From Phyllosticta citribraziliensis (taxonomy: Eukaryota), in NCBI RefSeq assembly GCF_038025025.1, contig NW_027117349.1:744001-808000 (forward strand): 64,000 bases of DNA, given 5' to 3'. Below, piece by piece: positions 1-12,929 of the stretch (position 1 is its first letter; each line of letters starts with the position of its first letter). The notes under the pieces are model-generated. The model was not told the origin of the DNA, did not search any database, and worked only from the letters and a program-made list of their open reading frames with translations. Made by a program: the position numbers and the translations under genes.

Positions 1-3000
1 CCTCGGAATTTCACCCTCGTCAATCGATTTATTGTATTTCAACCCCTTTGCATCCAGAAGCAGCGAAACAAAAGCCCGATGCGCCCTGTGCTCCACAAGA
101 GCAGCAACCCACCCATCTCTCCCGACAATTGAACCAATCGCGCACAACCCTCACTCAACACCCAGGCAACGAACGGCTTCGCAACGACTCTCGCCCTTGG
201 CCTCACTCACGAACCCACGCAGGGCAGCTTAGAAATCACAACAACTCTCCGCTCGCTCTCGCGCGCTCTCCACGCCCGACTCCTCCGCCGACACCAACAC
301 ACCAGGACATCCCTGCCCAGCACCCAAGACTTCCCCCGCCGTAACTCGACCACCCACGCGCCAACACCCGATTCATTTTCCTTACCGTACAATACGCAAC
401 GATACAACATGGCGCCAAACGCCAAACGACCAAACGCTCGTTCCGCCCAGCCTATACGACGCGCATCCGCCCGCCCGTCCGCCGGCGCTTCTCGTCCGAA
501 CGAAACCGGTTGGTTCGATGGCACGGGATCGACCGATGAAACAGGCAAACCCTTTTCAACGGCGGAGGCGGAGTCATGGACGGGACGCGCGGGGTGGACA
601 CGGGCGAGCTAGTCCGTCGACGGTACCTGCCAACCCGAAGCGCCTGTGAAACAACTTTACAGCGGTGCGTTGGGCGGACTGACGAGTCAGAGGAAGGCGA
701 GCGCGAGACCGGAAATCGAGACCGACAAGGCCGGGATCGACAGCGCCGACGCCGAGGCCGAGGGCGAGCTTGCATCTCTGTATCGCATGAGTTTGGCTAC
801 GGAAAAGCGACGACGATGACGCCTTGATCTTGGTTGCTGCTAGATCTGCGTGACTAGAGTGGGTCGTTTCATTCTGTGCCTTGATCTGGCGTTGGCGTCT
901 TTTGGCGGCTCCTTGACTAACGCCGACGGGAGGGTTGACACTGTGGTTGCACTGACTGCCTGGAGTGTCTGCGCGAGTAGTGGTACAGATGCATGTGCGT
1001 ATGCACGCACGCTGGTGGGCTAGTTCTCTTTCCCTCTCCCGATTTCTACGCGACAGTTTTGAGTTGCGCGAGTGTGTCGCTCTTCTATTTCCTCGTGCTG
1101 CGTCAATGAGGAAGAAGGTTACACCTCTCGATGTTTCAGGGGCGTCTTTTTCTGCCATTTTGCCTTTTGTCGATTTGCTGACTGAGGTGACGAAGTCGGT
1201 GACGGAGATCCTTGATAAACCAAATAAAGGTAGGGGGGCGTGTTTATCTTTTTGCATGGCCTCAACTTTCACTCTGAAACCCTCACTTAGGTTTCTTCTT
1301 GCAAGCTGGCAGCAATCGGACTGTAAAGCTTACGCCAAAATGTCTCCTGGTAGCTCTGACCAACCGGGTTGACTGCCTGGCCAGACCTTCGACACCTAGT
1401 CGATTCAGCGCACCACTGCATCGCACTGACACTTCATCTCTCTGCATCCATAGAATCGGCTGGCAAATTTCTCCACTTGCTCCTCACCAACATCTCCCTG
1501 TCCTGTCCTCACGCTGAGCGCTGTTGTCCATCAGTATTGCTGATTTCCCCCAGTCTTCGGTTTCAGCGTCGAGCTGTCGCGCTATTCTGCCGCAAGCAAG
1601 GACACGCAGCGCCAATTCAAAGGCATCAAAATAGCTGTAGATACAACAGCACCGCGCAACTACACTCCCACTTCTACTCTACTGTTACAAATCGACAGCG
1701 AGGAAAGAAATAAGGAAATTGTGCATAGGAGGGAAAGAAGTATTGTCGCTCCACTTGATCTGACGCAGAACTTTCTCCATCTGCCATGTGGAAAGCATGC
1801 GGCCAAATAAAACGACGAAGATAAGAGGAGGCCCGTCATGGTACATCCGACGGCTGAAATGGAGTAGAAGAGGATGAAGAGATGCATGGTATTGAAAAAA
1901 GGAAAAATCCATGGCAAAGGAACGGGAATACGCTGATGTCTAGTGGGAGTGGAAGAAGCCTCCTCACTCAAGCTCGCCTAGTCGGTCTCGCTCGACACCT
2001 TGTCTTCATAGGCCAACGAGTTCGTCTCACCGGTCTATGAGACCTTTCGCCTGACCTTCTTTCCCCACTTCCTCCTACTCTAGACAGCCACCACCACCAC
2101 TCTTCCAACGGCTCATCCGCTACTCACTCAGTCGCCTCCTAGCCACCCACTCCATTGCAAACATCGATTAGACCACGCTGGGCTCAACAGCAGCAACCGC
2201 AGCGTCACTGACTCGTCGACATCTGTAGTCCACGAGACATACACAGACTTCGGTTCCCATCAGCCAGCACACGCGTCCATTGACCAAGCCCTCTGCCAAC
2301 GAACCAACCTACCAACCAACCAACTACCACCAGAGATTCCCACCACTCAGTCAAAATACTGCCCACACGGCCAACAAGCAAGTCGTCGTCGTCGTCGTCG
2401 CCGCCGCCGTCCTTGCGGGCGCCGTCGTCCAGCGGCTGCGCCGAGAGAAACTGGGATCGAAAGACAGCTGCTGCGGCACGCGAGGCGCAAAAAAGGTCTA
2501 GAGGGTGCGGTGCGGTGTGTATGTATTGTACGCCGTACGTGTTCCCATGTTGCGTCTGTCAAGTCACCGAGTCAGCCAGTCCATCTGCCAGTCGGTCAGT
2601 CAGCCCCTTGGTAAGCCCGTTGCCGATGATCAACTGTATGAACAGTGTGCAGGCGTCCGTCCGTGCTCCCTCTACCGCCGCCACCTGGCCGGCGCAACTA
2701 GCCGACTGAGCTCAGTGGATGTTCCACGTGTGGCGTGACATGGACGCTGCGTGGTATAGCGAAGTTCTTGACCTACTTACCTACTTACCTACTCAATCCG
2801 CGTGAATCAGGCGTGGGAATGGAAATCGGAGACGAGAGACGAGAGACGAGAGACAAGAGCCGCGGTCGATGTATGGAAGACCGGCGGAGATGAACAACAG
2901 CGCAGTAGTTAAAGTTGTGGTATGTAGAATCACTCCGCTCCCTCCCCAGGCGCCGCCACAGGACCACAAGCCAGGCACTCATGATTTATTCCACACCCCC

Positions 3001-3413
3001 CAGGGCAGCCAGAGGCACCAGCGGCACCAGTAGCTCCACCTCTCAAGCAACCGTCAAGCCCATCACATCCGGCAAGTGCAAGAACAGGACGACCAAGACG
3101 GTATGGTCTGCAAGTTACATCACAGAGCAAGCAAGCAAGCAAGCCTGAAACAGCACAGCACCAGCAACATCACCGCCAACCGGCAGCGTCTTCAATGATT
3201 GTAAAAACCAGGAAGTATAGGTAAGGTAGGTAGGTAATGAGCCCAACTCCCAAATGCCAGACAATTTTAGGAGAAGTAGTTGTGATAGTAGTGTAGATTT
3301 GGCCACATAAATTTTCTCTGTGCAAAAAATGTAAAAGTATGAGGATGGGAGGGACGCGAATTGGTGGCGGTTGGTGTTGGAACAATGTCCAGAGGCTAGC
3401 CTGCCTATGCCTT

Positions 3414-5185
3414 CTAGTCTTTCCACTCCCACACCTGCGAGAGAAACAGCTCCATGTTGACCTTTTTGGTCTTCATCTCGACCATCCACGGGTGCTCCAT
3501 CATCCGCCACGGCGTGGCACGTTTCGTTGCGTCCTTTTCCAAGCTGTGCAAAGCATCGTTAGCTAGCTGTACTGTACTCTGTTTGATTGCATGCTTGCGA
3601 GACTTACCAGCACTCGATAAAGTACTTGAACTTCTCGCCCCAGAAAATGTTGTTTTTGGGCTCGTCCTTGAGCTTTGGGATGGGTTGCATGACGATGTAC
3701 GTCAGCAAGTCAATCAAGCCATGCTGCGGCTTGATTGCGCCGGTGCCGCCCTCGCCCCCATCCTCCGCGTCCGCCGGGAACGGGAAGCGGGCCTGCGCCA
3801 CTTCCAGCAACGTCACACCCAGCGACCACACGTCTGAGGTGATGGTGTAGCTCATGCCCTGGATGCGCTCAGGGGCCATGTAGTACGAGGTGCCGATGAA
3901 GGTTTCGGCCATGCCCTTGGTCCCGAACTCGCCGCTGACGCCAAAGTCGCACAGCTTGACGATGCCTTCCCAGGCATTTAGACGCGAGCCTCTGCCGTTT
4001 TGCCGAGAACCATCTGGGTTGCTCGGAGCACGAGAAAGGAGGATGTTGCTGGGCTTGATGTCGCGATGGATGATGCGCTGGCTGTGGAGGTACGTCAGAC
4101 CCTCAAGTACGCCCCGCGCAACGACGCCGAGGACCTTTTCGCCAATACGTCCTCCGCGACCCAGCACTTCGCGGTAGACGCTGTCGAGTGAGCCACCTTC
4201 GCAAAATTCCATGGCAATGTTGATGACGGATGTGTTTGACGGCGGCTGAAAAGCACCGTAGTAGCGGCAGATTGAAGGGTGTTGTAGAGAGGCATTAAAG
4301 GAAAGCTCGCGGACGATTTGCCGCTTTATCGAAGGGTCTGGGTTTGATGTGATGATCTGGATTCGTCAGAAATGCCTCGAGCCCAAAGGAACTGGGACAT
4401 ACTTTGAGTGCGAATACCGTCCTCCCGCCTTTGAGCTTGCACCTTGTCACCGCACCGCCAGCACCCTCTCCCAAAGAACCCAGCTCTTCGATCAACCCGT
4501 CCTTGCTTGCCGCCCGCCACCCCGCATCGTCCAAGTCTCCCGGTTCGAGTTGTCCACCCTTTTCAAACCTGAGCTTCTCCAGGTCGACAACAAGCTCCGA
4601 CATGCCACTGGGTGTGCGCTGCATTTCCGTGGACGAGTTGGAGTTGAGTGTTGGCGAATTTGAGGAAAGCGCGGAAAGAGGGTCGTGAGAGTTGGTGTTC
4701 AAGTGTAATGGCGGGCGTCCTGGTGTGAAGCCCGTCTCGCCGCTGTTGCTTCGACTGCGGTCAGAACTGCTGCTTGCTGCAGAAAAACCACCGCCAACGT
4801 CAAGTTTCAGGCCGCCGACCCCTCGTCGGGGAGCATTCTCTTGTGGCGTTGCTTGGCTGCCGCTGGGGGTAGCCAGGCGGAGCATCGGCGGAGGAGTAGG
4901 GCGAGCGTGAAGCGGTTGTTGCTGAGTCTGGAGTGCTGGCATGGCGGGTACTTCGGTGGTTGCACCGTTGACTACTGGTCTAGCGTTCGGCGATGGAGGG
5001 ATGGACAGTCCCAGGCGAGGAGCGCGCGGCGACGAGTGGCTTCGTGCACCGGGAATCGGTGGGCGGAGGAGCGGAGCAGGTGTTGACATGTCGGAATGTG
5101 GTTGCGAGGGTCCTGGCGGGGTGGAAGGACGCGGCCCGGCCGAGGCTTGAGTGGGATTGGCTGCACCGTCACCTGGCGCTTGCAT
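3414..5185 (-). CDS. MKK1: MAP kinase kinase of the cell-wall-integrity pathway (Mkk1/Mkk2/Pek1 type), 3 exons
   Basis: Kinase motifs [52 protein letters not shown]. Introns 4357-4402 and 3544-3607 (GT-AG) join the frames, and the last exon ends ...QVWEWKD* at 3414. The start may instead be the downstream Met ([11 protein letters not shown], ~5089). Confidence 0.93.
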
Positions 5186-6220
5186 GTAGGACCTTGTCGT
5201 CGATGGGAGGGTGGAGCGGAGGAGCCGTCGAAGGGACCGACAAGTGTTGGAGCAGTGTGTGAGGGCGTGTCAAAGAAGAGAGGGTGGTAGGGTGGAAAAA
5301 GCCAAGTCACACGGGCAGGAAGCTGGTATGGCGGAGCTGCAAGCAGCCGTGATGGTCGCTGTGGGCTCAATCTTCTGCAAGTGGGTATTGAGAATGGCAG
5401 GTGTCGGTTGGCTGCAGGAAGCCTGATTTGATGGGGCGGTGGTAGCGGAGAGGCGCTGTGGTACGTGTCGAGAGGCGCGTGGAGGAGTAAAGAGGGGTAT
5501 CCGCAGAGAAGGCGGACTCGACGAAGAGCGAGCGAGAGGATGTCGAGAAGAGACGGAGGGCGTCGGGGAGCCCGAAGTAGGAGGGGAGACTGGTGGAGCT
5601 TTGCGGGTTGTGAGGCCGTCTGTGCGTGAGTCGAGGTGGAGACGACGAGTAGCTGGCGGCTGGCGGATGAGGAACGAGGTGTGTTGAGAGGGCGAGCGAG
5701 CGTGGGAGGCAAAGGGAACAAGGACAAAGACGCAGGCAAGCAAGAAGGCAATGGGTGTGGGGTGGGATGGGGTGGGTAAAAGAGGAGGGCTGGAGGTGGA
5801 AGAGAGCAGAGCGGGACGAGGTGGTTGAAGAAGTGGAGGAGGAGGTGGTGGTGGTTGTGGTGCAGTGCTTGCTCGTCTCCGTCTGGCCTGGCGCGTGCTC
5901 TGACTAGGCCGGGCGGATCTCGTGCGTGCAGCGCAGCCCTACGACGCCGTCTGGTCTGGTCTGGTCTTGTCTTGTCTTGTCTGGTGTCGGCAGGGCAGGG
6001 CAGGGCAAAGCAGGGCAAAAAAAGGGCCACGAAAGGCACGGCTGTAGCCGCAGCGTCAATGGGTTTGCGAGGGAGCGGCTGATGACCCCGTTGGGCTTCA
6101 ATCTGGCCTTGAAGCATGTAGCGAATGCCAAAAACTCAGCCCACCAGACCACAGTACACGGCACCCGACAAACAACGTGTCCTGCCATGACAGTGCCTCG
6201 ATCCCTGGTGACGCCATGGC

Positions 6221-6284
6221 CTGTACCTGTACCTGTGCCTGTACCTCACTGCCACTCCCACTGCCACTGCCACTGCCACTGCCA
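6221..6284. repeat. Hexamer microsatellites (CTGTAC)n and (TGCCAC)n in the MKK1-DBP8 divergent intergenic region
   Basis: Directly visible tandem units. Confidence 0.8.
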
Positions 6285-6660
6285 CCTGTGCTGTGCCTCT
6301 CGACTCGACTGGTGGCAAAAAGCAGCATCATCATCAGTCCGTGCCCTGCCTGATCTGCCTGCCCGGTCCTGGTCCCGGTCCTGGGCGCTTCGCTTTGTGT
6401 TTCCTGCAGCCGCTCGACGGTGTGATTCAATCGCGCAGGACAGGGGGCCTTGTGACAGACGCCTTCCTTTGCGAACCGCAAGCAATGAGATGATGATGGC
6501 TGCCGCTCGCCCGCTTCCCCGGCGCATAGACGACCCTCGGCCCCTTACTAAGCCCATCTCGGTCAAACATTCCGCCGACCAGATTTTCTACGGTACGTGC
6601 CGTGATCCATCCATGAGGTGGATGCCATCGTCTTGTTTCCATAACCAACTGAACTGCAAA

Positions 6661-8249
6661 ATGCCCTCGTCGCATGATTCCGCCTCGGATTCCGACTCCC
6701 CTCGCCTGGACCTGCAGCACAACGGCGTCCGCAAAAGGAGAAAGCTGTCACCCCCCGTAGACTCTGATTCCGACCAAGACACCCACGCCAAGTCTGCTCC
6801 CGTCGTCCCATCGACCTCAACTCTTTCTCGTGTCAAGGCAAAAAACACTGCATCAAACCAGAAAAATCTTCCAGAGTCCATCTTACAAGCCCAAAACCCA
6901 AAGGAAAATCTCTCCTTTGCTTCACTAAATGTTTCGCCATGGCTCGTGGCTTCTCTCTCTGCCATGGCCATCAAAAAGCCCACGGGCATTCAAAAGGGCT
7001 GCATCCCGGAAATCCTCAAAGGAAGAGATTGCATTGGCGGTAGTCGTACGGGCTCCGGTAAGACGGTGGCGTTTGCCGTGCCAATCCTGCAAAAATGGAG
7101 TGAAGATCCCGTCGGCATCTTTGCCGTTGTTTTGACACCAACCCGGTATGTCTTGTTGATATCCCGTAGAGGTAGCTGCTAACCATGCGCAGAGAACTTG
7201 CTCTCCAAATATATGAACAATTCAATGCAATCGGAGGGCCGCAGTCGCTCAAGACTATTCTCGTGACCGGAGGCGCCGATATGCGTACCCAAGCAACAGC
7301 ATTGGCAACACGTCCGCATGTAGTCATCGCAACCCCTGGCCGTCTCGCCGACCACATCAGCCAGTCTGGCGAAGATACGATCGGTGGCCTCCGCCGTGTA
7401 CGCTTCATCGTCCTCGACGAAGCTGACCGTTTGCTCTCCGCCGGCCGTGGCAGCATGCTTCCCGATGTCGAAACTTGCCTCTCCGTCCTTCCCCCCTCCG
7501 CTCAACGCCAGACCTGCCTCTTCACCGCCACCGTCACCCCCGAAGTCCGCGCCCTCCAAGAACTGCCGCGCGCCCCAACCAAACCACCAGTCTTTGTCTG
7601 CGAAGTCGATACCGAAGACCTTGCCGTCCCAACGACGCTCGCGCAAAAGTACCTCTCGCTACCCGTCACGCAAAAAGAAACCTACCTCCACACGCTACTT
7701 CTGACGCCCGCCAACGCCGACAAGAGCGTCATCATCTTCGTCAACCGCACCTCCACAGCGCAGTTCATCGAACACATGCTGCGTCTCCTGGACCACCGCG
7801 TCACCAGCCTGCACTCGGGCCTGCCGCAGTCGCAGCGCATCTCGAACCTCGCCCGCTTCCGCGCCAAAGCCGCCCGCATCCTCGTCGCCACCGACGTCGC
7901 AGCGCGTGGTCTCGACATCCCCGACGTCGAAATGGTCGTCAACTACGACGTGCCGCGCGATCCGGACGACTACATCCATCGCGTCGGTCGTACGGCTCGC
8001 GCGGGCCGCTCGGGCGAGAGCGTCACGCTGGTCGGACAGCGCGACCCGGAGCTCATCTTGGCCATCGAGGAGCGCGTTGGCTCCAAGATGGTCGAGTATG
8101 AGGAGGAGGGCGTCAACCTGGAGACGCGCATGCTTCGCGATGGCTTGAAGATTGTCAGCGAGAAGAAGAGGGAGGCCTTGTTGGAGATGGACGAGGGTAG
8201 AGACGTCAGGGGCAAGAGGAAGAGAGGAATGCAGAAGAAGGCGAAATGA
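6661..8249 (+). CDS. DBP8: ATP-dependent DEAD-box RNA helicase Dbp8 (18S rRNA biogenesis), 2 exons
   Basis: Q motif PTGIQ, GSGKT, PTRELA (formed across intron 7146-7192), DEAD, TAT in place of [28 protein letters not shown] and WSEDP.GIF are typical of Dbp8. Confidence 0.9.
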
Positions 8250-8880
8250 GGTGGCTGTGTGCCGGCCAATCAGTCGGCGGATTATTGAAAGAGCTTGGGT
8301 GTAGAGTTTGAGAGGTCGAAAAAGAGTTTCGTGGAGGCATTGCGAGATACCACTAAGCCGTCGGATGATGCTGCACCAAGACGTAGAAATGGAATTCCAG
8401 ATTTGCAGCATGGCGGCAAGGCCACTGAAAGTTCTCTGGCACATTTCAACATATTCAATGTCTTCAACACCACCTCCACCATCATCATCATCGTCACTAT
8501 TACCAAAAAACTGCCTGTCCCATCTATCCCGGCTCTCCTTCGCCTCACCAAACTCCAATCTACTCACCCATCCCCCAAAACAAAAACATCTCTCACGCCA
8601 TCTCCCTCCCTCCCCCACCTCCCCCGACAAGAGGCCCTCAAACGTCCTCCCGTCACTCACTTCACGCAATACACCGCCAAAAATCTCCTTTCTCGCTGAA
8701 TCCCCACCCACACGCTCTGATGTGTGGGCCAATCATGCCGTGCCCTCACCACTCACTCAATCGGTCAACAACCAGCCAACGAAACCAATTGACTCCGAAA
8801 CGCAGACGTCGATCGAATTCAGACGTCCATCATTTTTATATCTATCTCTCGATCTATCGACCCCTTTGAATTGGGAACTG

Positions 8881-8937
8881 AGGCAAGCAAGCAGGCAGGC
8901 AGGCAGGCAAGTAGGTAGGTAGGTAGGTAGGTAGGTA
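8881..8937. repeat. Compound tetranucleotide microsatellite (GCAA/GCAG)n(GTAG)n
   Basis: Directly visible tandem units. Confidence 0.85.
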
Positions 8938-9428
8938 CACGCACGCATGTACCTGTACCTATACCACCCGTCGCCTGCCCAAGTCCCTCGAGCCGCAGTA
9001 TCCATCATCCCATTCATTTCCCCGATTCGCTGGTTGCTCAGTGTCGCTCCCGTCATTGCTCACCCAACTCAGCTGACGACTGCAGCTGAGTAAGGGGCTA
9101 AGGTGAGGTAATGTATTGTACAGGGGGAAGTGGAGTGTGATGTGAGGAAGGAGACGCAGGTGCCGTCTGTCAGGACAAGACAGGACCGGACAATGCCAGG
9201 GCAGTGTGTGCGTGTCTGTCCGACGGAGGGTTGGTTTGTTGGTTTGTCGGTTGACCGGCCCCCACCCACCCTCGTCATCATCGTCATCGTCAGCCGCAGC
9301 CGCAGCTTTCTCTCATCGTACAAGGTGCACCTGCACCGCATCGCAGCGACGCCGGCCGTTCGTTGGCGGTGGACGACGACGGCATCCATCACCACCACAC
9401 AGCACCACGCCATCAACGACCCGCTCGC

Positions 9429-11105
9429 TCACTCGTCGTCCTCCCAGTCGTCCTCGGCGTCGTAAGCCGCCTCATCCAGCTCCACGACCTGGCTGTGCGC
9501 CGCCTCTTCCTCGCGCCTCTTCTTCTCGTCCTCCAGCTCCTGCTCCGCCTTCTCCCTCTCCTTTCCCTTCTGCTTCTCCTTCTTGTCCTTGCGTCCCCTG
9601 CCCCACCACTTCTTGTCCTTCTCCTTGTCGTCCTTCTTCGCCTTGCCCTTTCCTTTGCCCTTGTCGTCGTCCCAGCCAGTCGACGACGAAGCAAACGACG
9701 GCAGCGCCTGCAGCTCCTCCCTCTCCTCTCTCGGCGGGCCGACGACCGCCTTCTTCTTCTGCGTCTGCGTCTGCGTCTGCGTCTCCTGCAAGCCGGCCCA
9801 ACTAGCCAGCTCGGCCTCGATGCGATCGAGCGTGTTGGTCGAGTCATTGCGGGCCCGGCCGCCAAACTCGGTGCTCACAGCCGCATACTCGATGTCCGTG
9901 TCAGCATTACCTTCATCGCTCGACAGCGACGACGACGCCGACCAGCGGCCCAGCGGGCCGAACTGGTGATGGTGCAGCGGCGGCACGGCGGGCGGCGGGT
10001 GCGAGGGCGGAGGGCCGCTGGGGCCGACCGAGTTGCTGCTGCTTCCGAGACCGCCTGAGAGGTTGCTGCTTCCGAGACCGCTGCCGACGAGAGGGCCGAC
10101 GAGACCGCCGCTGCCGCTGTCCTTGCTGAATTGGCTCTGTTGGCTGCGTTGGCTGGGCGTGCGCTGCTGCTGGCCGCTGCTGTGCTGGCGCCAGACGAGG
10201 GGCTTCGGGACGGGAACAGGCGTGGTTGGCGCCGTGGCCCAGTTAGGGGTCGAGGAGCCGGTGGTCGACGTGGCGGTGCTCGGCGCGAAGGAAGGCTTCT
10301 TCTTGACAATGTTGAGAGGGCGCGGGATGATGGTGGCAGCGGTATTGGGGCTGTGGGCGCGAGCGAGGTGAGCTGGCTGCGGTGACTGTGGAAGCTGCTG
10401 CAGATGGTGATGCTGCTGCTGCGGTTGGTAGTTTTGCAGCTGCTGCAGCTGCTGCAATTGCTTCACCTGCTGGCCGCTGACGAGGAACAGGTCGTTGGTT
10501 GATGGCGGCGGCAGCGCGGGCAATGGCTTGTTGATGCCGGTCAAGGGTCCAATGTACCGGTTATGGCGATCACGAGGCGAACACGCACTCTGGGTGCGCG
10601 TGGGAGTCTCGCGAGGGATGCCGGCGGCGGCGGCACGGGCACCGAGCAAGAGGCGCTCGTCTGGCTTGGGGGTCTCGGGCGTCGAGGTGGTACCGGTGTG
10701 GTTGCGGCTGTTCTTGTCCTTGGTCCTGCCGCGGCGGCGATGGAGCTCATGTTTGTCGTCCGTGTCGTCGGCTGGTTCCTCGTCCTCATCCTCGAGGTCA
10801 TGGTCCGGGAAAAGAGTACTCAGACGTGGCTGTTGCGCCGAGACGGAGCGTGGCGTGAAGACTTTGGGGACCTGGCCATGCTGGGCCATGGCCTGGCGCA
10901 ACTGCTCGGGCGTGAACAAGGGAGCAGCACGGGGGCGCTGGTACAGCGGTCCGCCACGGCGTCCATCTCGTTCTCTATTGTCGTTGTTGTCTACCGTGCC
11001 ATTGTCACCTTCAGGAGGAGCACTGCTGCGTCCGTTGCGACCATTTCCACTTCCTCCTCCCCAGTCCGTCCGTTCGCCCAGGATTGGACCGCGAAACGAT
11101 CTCAT
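9429..11105 (-). CDS. Hypothetical low-complexity/disordered protein (558 aa)
   Basis: Long ATG-initiated ORF with Q-, P-, S/G- and K/E-rich tracts and fungal-type linear motifs (KPLPALPP, PRPLNIVKK). No domain recognised. Confidence 0.55.
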   Translation of the reverse strand: MRSFRGPILGERTDWGGGSGNGRNGRSSAPPEGDNGTVDNNDNRERDGRRGGPLYQRPRAAPLFTPEQLRQAMAQHGQVPKVFTPRSVSAQQPRLSTLFPDHDLEDEDEEPADDTDDKHELHRRRGRTKDKNSRNHTGTTSTPETPKPDERLLLGARAAAAGIPRETPTRTQSACSPRDRHNRYIGPLTGINKPLPALPPPSTNDLFLVSGQQVKQLQQLQQLQNYQPQQQHHHLQQLPQSPQPAHLARAHSPNTAATIIPRPLNIVKKKPSFAPSTATSTTGSSTPNWATAPTTPVPVPKPLVWRQHSSGQQQRTPSQRSQQSQFSKDSGSGGLVGPLVGSGLGSSNLSGGLGSSSNSVGPSGPPPSHPPPAVPPLHHHQFGPLGRWSASSSLSSDEGNADTDIEYAAVSTEFGGRARNDSTNTLDRIEAELASWAGLQETQTQTQTQKKKAVVGPPREEREELQALPSFASSSTGWDDDKGKGKGKAKKDDKEKDKKWWGRGRKDKKEKQKGKEREKAEQELEDEKKRREEEAAHSQVVELDEAAYDAEDDWEDDE

Positions 11106-11232
11106 TATTGCAGTTTCAGCTGCAGGTCTCAGGTCAGCTTCAGTCCCTTTCGTCCCAACTCAACTCTCAAGATATCAACGGCGACGGGGCTTGCCATAGC
11201 GCAGCCGTCAGAAGCAATGGGAAACAGGTCAA

Positions 11233-11904
11233 TCAACTTACAGCTTCGAGAGCGCAAATGTTGGCGAACGACTGAGCGTGAGACCTGCGGTGTCCACGCG
11301 CCTTTTGCTGGTCCAGACTCGGCGGGCGGATCTGAAGAGCACACGACCGGCGATGACCCAGCTGCTTCTGGGGCTCTGTGATAGTCGACTGCGCGTGCGA
11401 CCGACGATGCCCAATGGCGCGCTGCTTGGCGATGGTGATGCGCGTCGTGGGATCCGGTGTCGGGGTCGTCTTGGTCGCCGCAGTGGTGGTTGTCGAGTCA
11501 CGGCTGTGGGCTAAGTAAGAGCTAGGATGGGCTGCTGGCAATGAGAAGCGGTTGCCAGTGGATTGAGTCGCCGAGTAAGCGTACGGCGTCGTGGAGCTTG
11601 ATGACATCGTCGTCGACATTGGCCGCCTGGATAAGGTCTCGGCGACTGCACAAGAGTTATGCGGCGTGTGCGAATACGCCTGCTGAGCCGTACGCGGGGC
11701 TGCACTGCGGGTGAAATAGCTTGTGGAGTTGGCCATCCCATCGTTATCGAAGGCCCAAGGAGCAGAGGGCGTAAAGGACATGTCTGGTGTCTCCAGAACA
11801 CCATGTCTCTCCGCCAGCGGTGATGGAATGTGTCCGTGATACGTCTGGCCCGCCATCGAAGCAGTTTGGATTGGGCCAGGGAACATGAAGATACTCGACG
11901 ACAT
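11233..11904 (-). CDS. Hypothetical S/T-rich protein with three GHRRS repeats
   Basis: ORF from Met at 11904. Three GHRRS(H/C)A motifs are encoded by synonymously diverged codons. The ORF ends over a perfect GTAAGT donor (11241), so the 3' end is uncertain. Confidence 0.4.
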   Translation of the reverse strand: MSSSIFMFPGPIQTASMAGQTYHGHIPSPLAERHGVLETPDMSFTPSAPWAFDNDGMANSTSYFTRSAAPRTAQQAYSHTPHNSCAVAETLSRRPMSTTMSSSSTTPYAYSATQSTGNRFSLPAAHPSSYLAHSRDSTTTTAATKTTPTPDPTTRITIAKQRAIGHRRSHAQSTITEPQKQLGHRRSCALQIRPPSLDQQKARGHRRSHAQSFANICALEAVS

Positions 11905-12929
11905 GATGATGTGATAGAGCAACAGGAAAGATGGCAAACAACTGAAGTGGGAGACTGCAGCGAGGGAGGAAGAGTCGGGGAGAATTTTCAAGAATCAAAG
12001 AGACGGTTCGCAACACGGCGAGAGAAATTTTAAGAAACAGAGACAATTGTACGGCGCGGAGTCGCCGTTCGCACAGGCGTATTCTGGATATATTTTGGAT
12101 TGGGGGGATGCTCATGTTGCGGCGTGGGCAGCGCGTTGTGAGAGCCGTGCGTCCGTCTCTGCATTTCATTTGCCCAGTCGCATCAATTGATTTCATTAAA
12201 GGAGCGCCCACATGGCGCGTCTGCCTTTGTCGCAACGGTTGAAGCGACGTCTCAGTGTCGCCGGTGCTCGTCGTAAATATAGCATCTTGCCCGGCGGGGC
12301 GTCCAGTCTTGTCGCTGTCAAGGCCAAAGAAGGCGACACACCATACTCGTCCTCGAAGGAGCATGCGCCGAGGGACCACGACTAGAATCCCCTCGCCGCT
12401 CGTCGCCCGAGCGCGAATTGCTGATCTTCGCCCGCGGGTCGTGCTGCCCGGCTAGCTGCACATCATCCTCTCGTAGGGCTGATTATCCACACGCGTGCAA
12501 TCACACGCCGGGCCCAGACGAAATTCGCGTCTCCATCGACCGCAATGCAATGCTTCTTTCCAGCGGGACCCTCATTTCTCTGGACATTGCCTTCCCGTGC
12601 TCTTCTTTCCGCCCGCACATCACCGCATGAGCCTCGAACCATACATCGTCTCCGTGCCCCCCTGAATCCCCGAGCTCGGGCGGGGCTGTCGTGTCAATCG
12701 TATATCTGTCTTTATTTGCCCCGTTTTGGTGCCTCATTTCGCTCGATGACTGATGGTGTCGTTGTTCATTCCGGCGTGGCCGTCAATATTGTCGTTTTTG
12801 GTGGCAATTGCGTCGGATATCTAAGACACCTCATCGACTCGACACCCATGGGCGAGGTTAGTTGCGTACTTGCGTTGTCCTTCTCGGGCAATTTGCACTG
12901 GGAGGCCGGATTCGACTCTACATCGACGG

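Noticed and set aside
1..3400. Short ORFs, including a TM-like VVVVVVAAAV ORF at 2280-2501
   Set aside because: No recognisable domains. The hydrophobic run derives from (GTC)n(GCC)n repeats and lacks an ATG. A small gene or lncRNA cannot be excluded.
4972..6117. 381-aa minus-strand ORF upstream of MKK1
   Set aside because: Non-ATG start and low-complexity CT-rich leader/promoter sequence with microsatellites. It overlaps the real gene out of frame.
5926..6660. N-terminal extension of DBP8 with HCHCHC 'metal-binding' and PVPVPV tracts
   Set aside because: The tracts are translations of hexamer microsatellites. Met 6661 gives a normal Dbp8 N-terminus.
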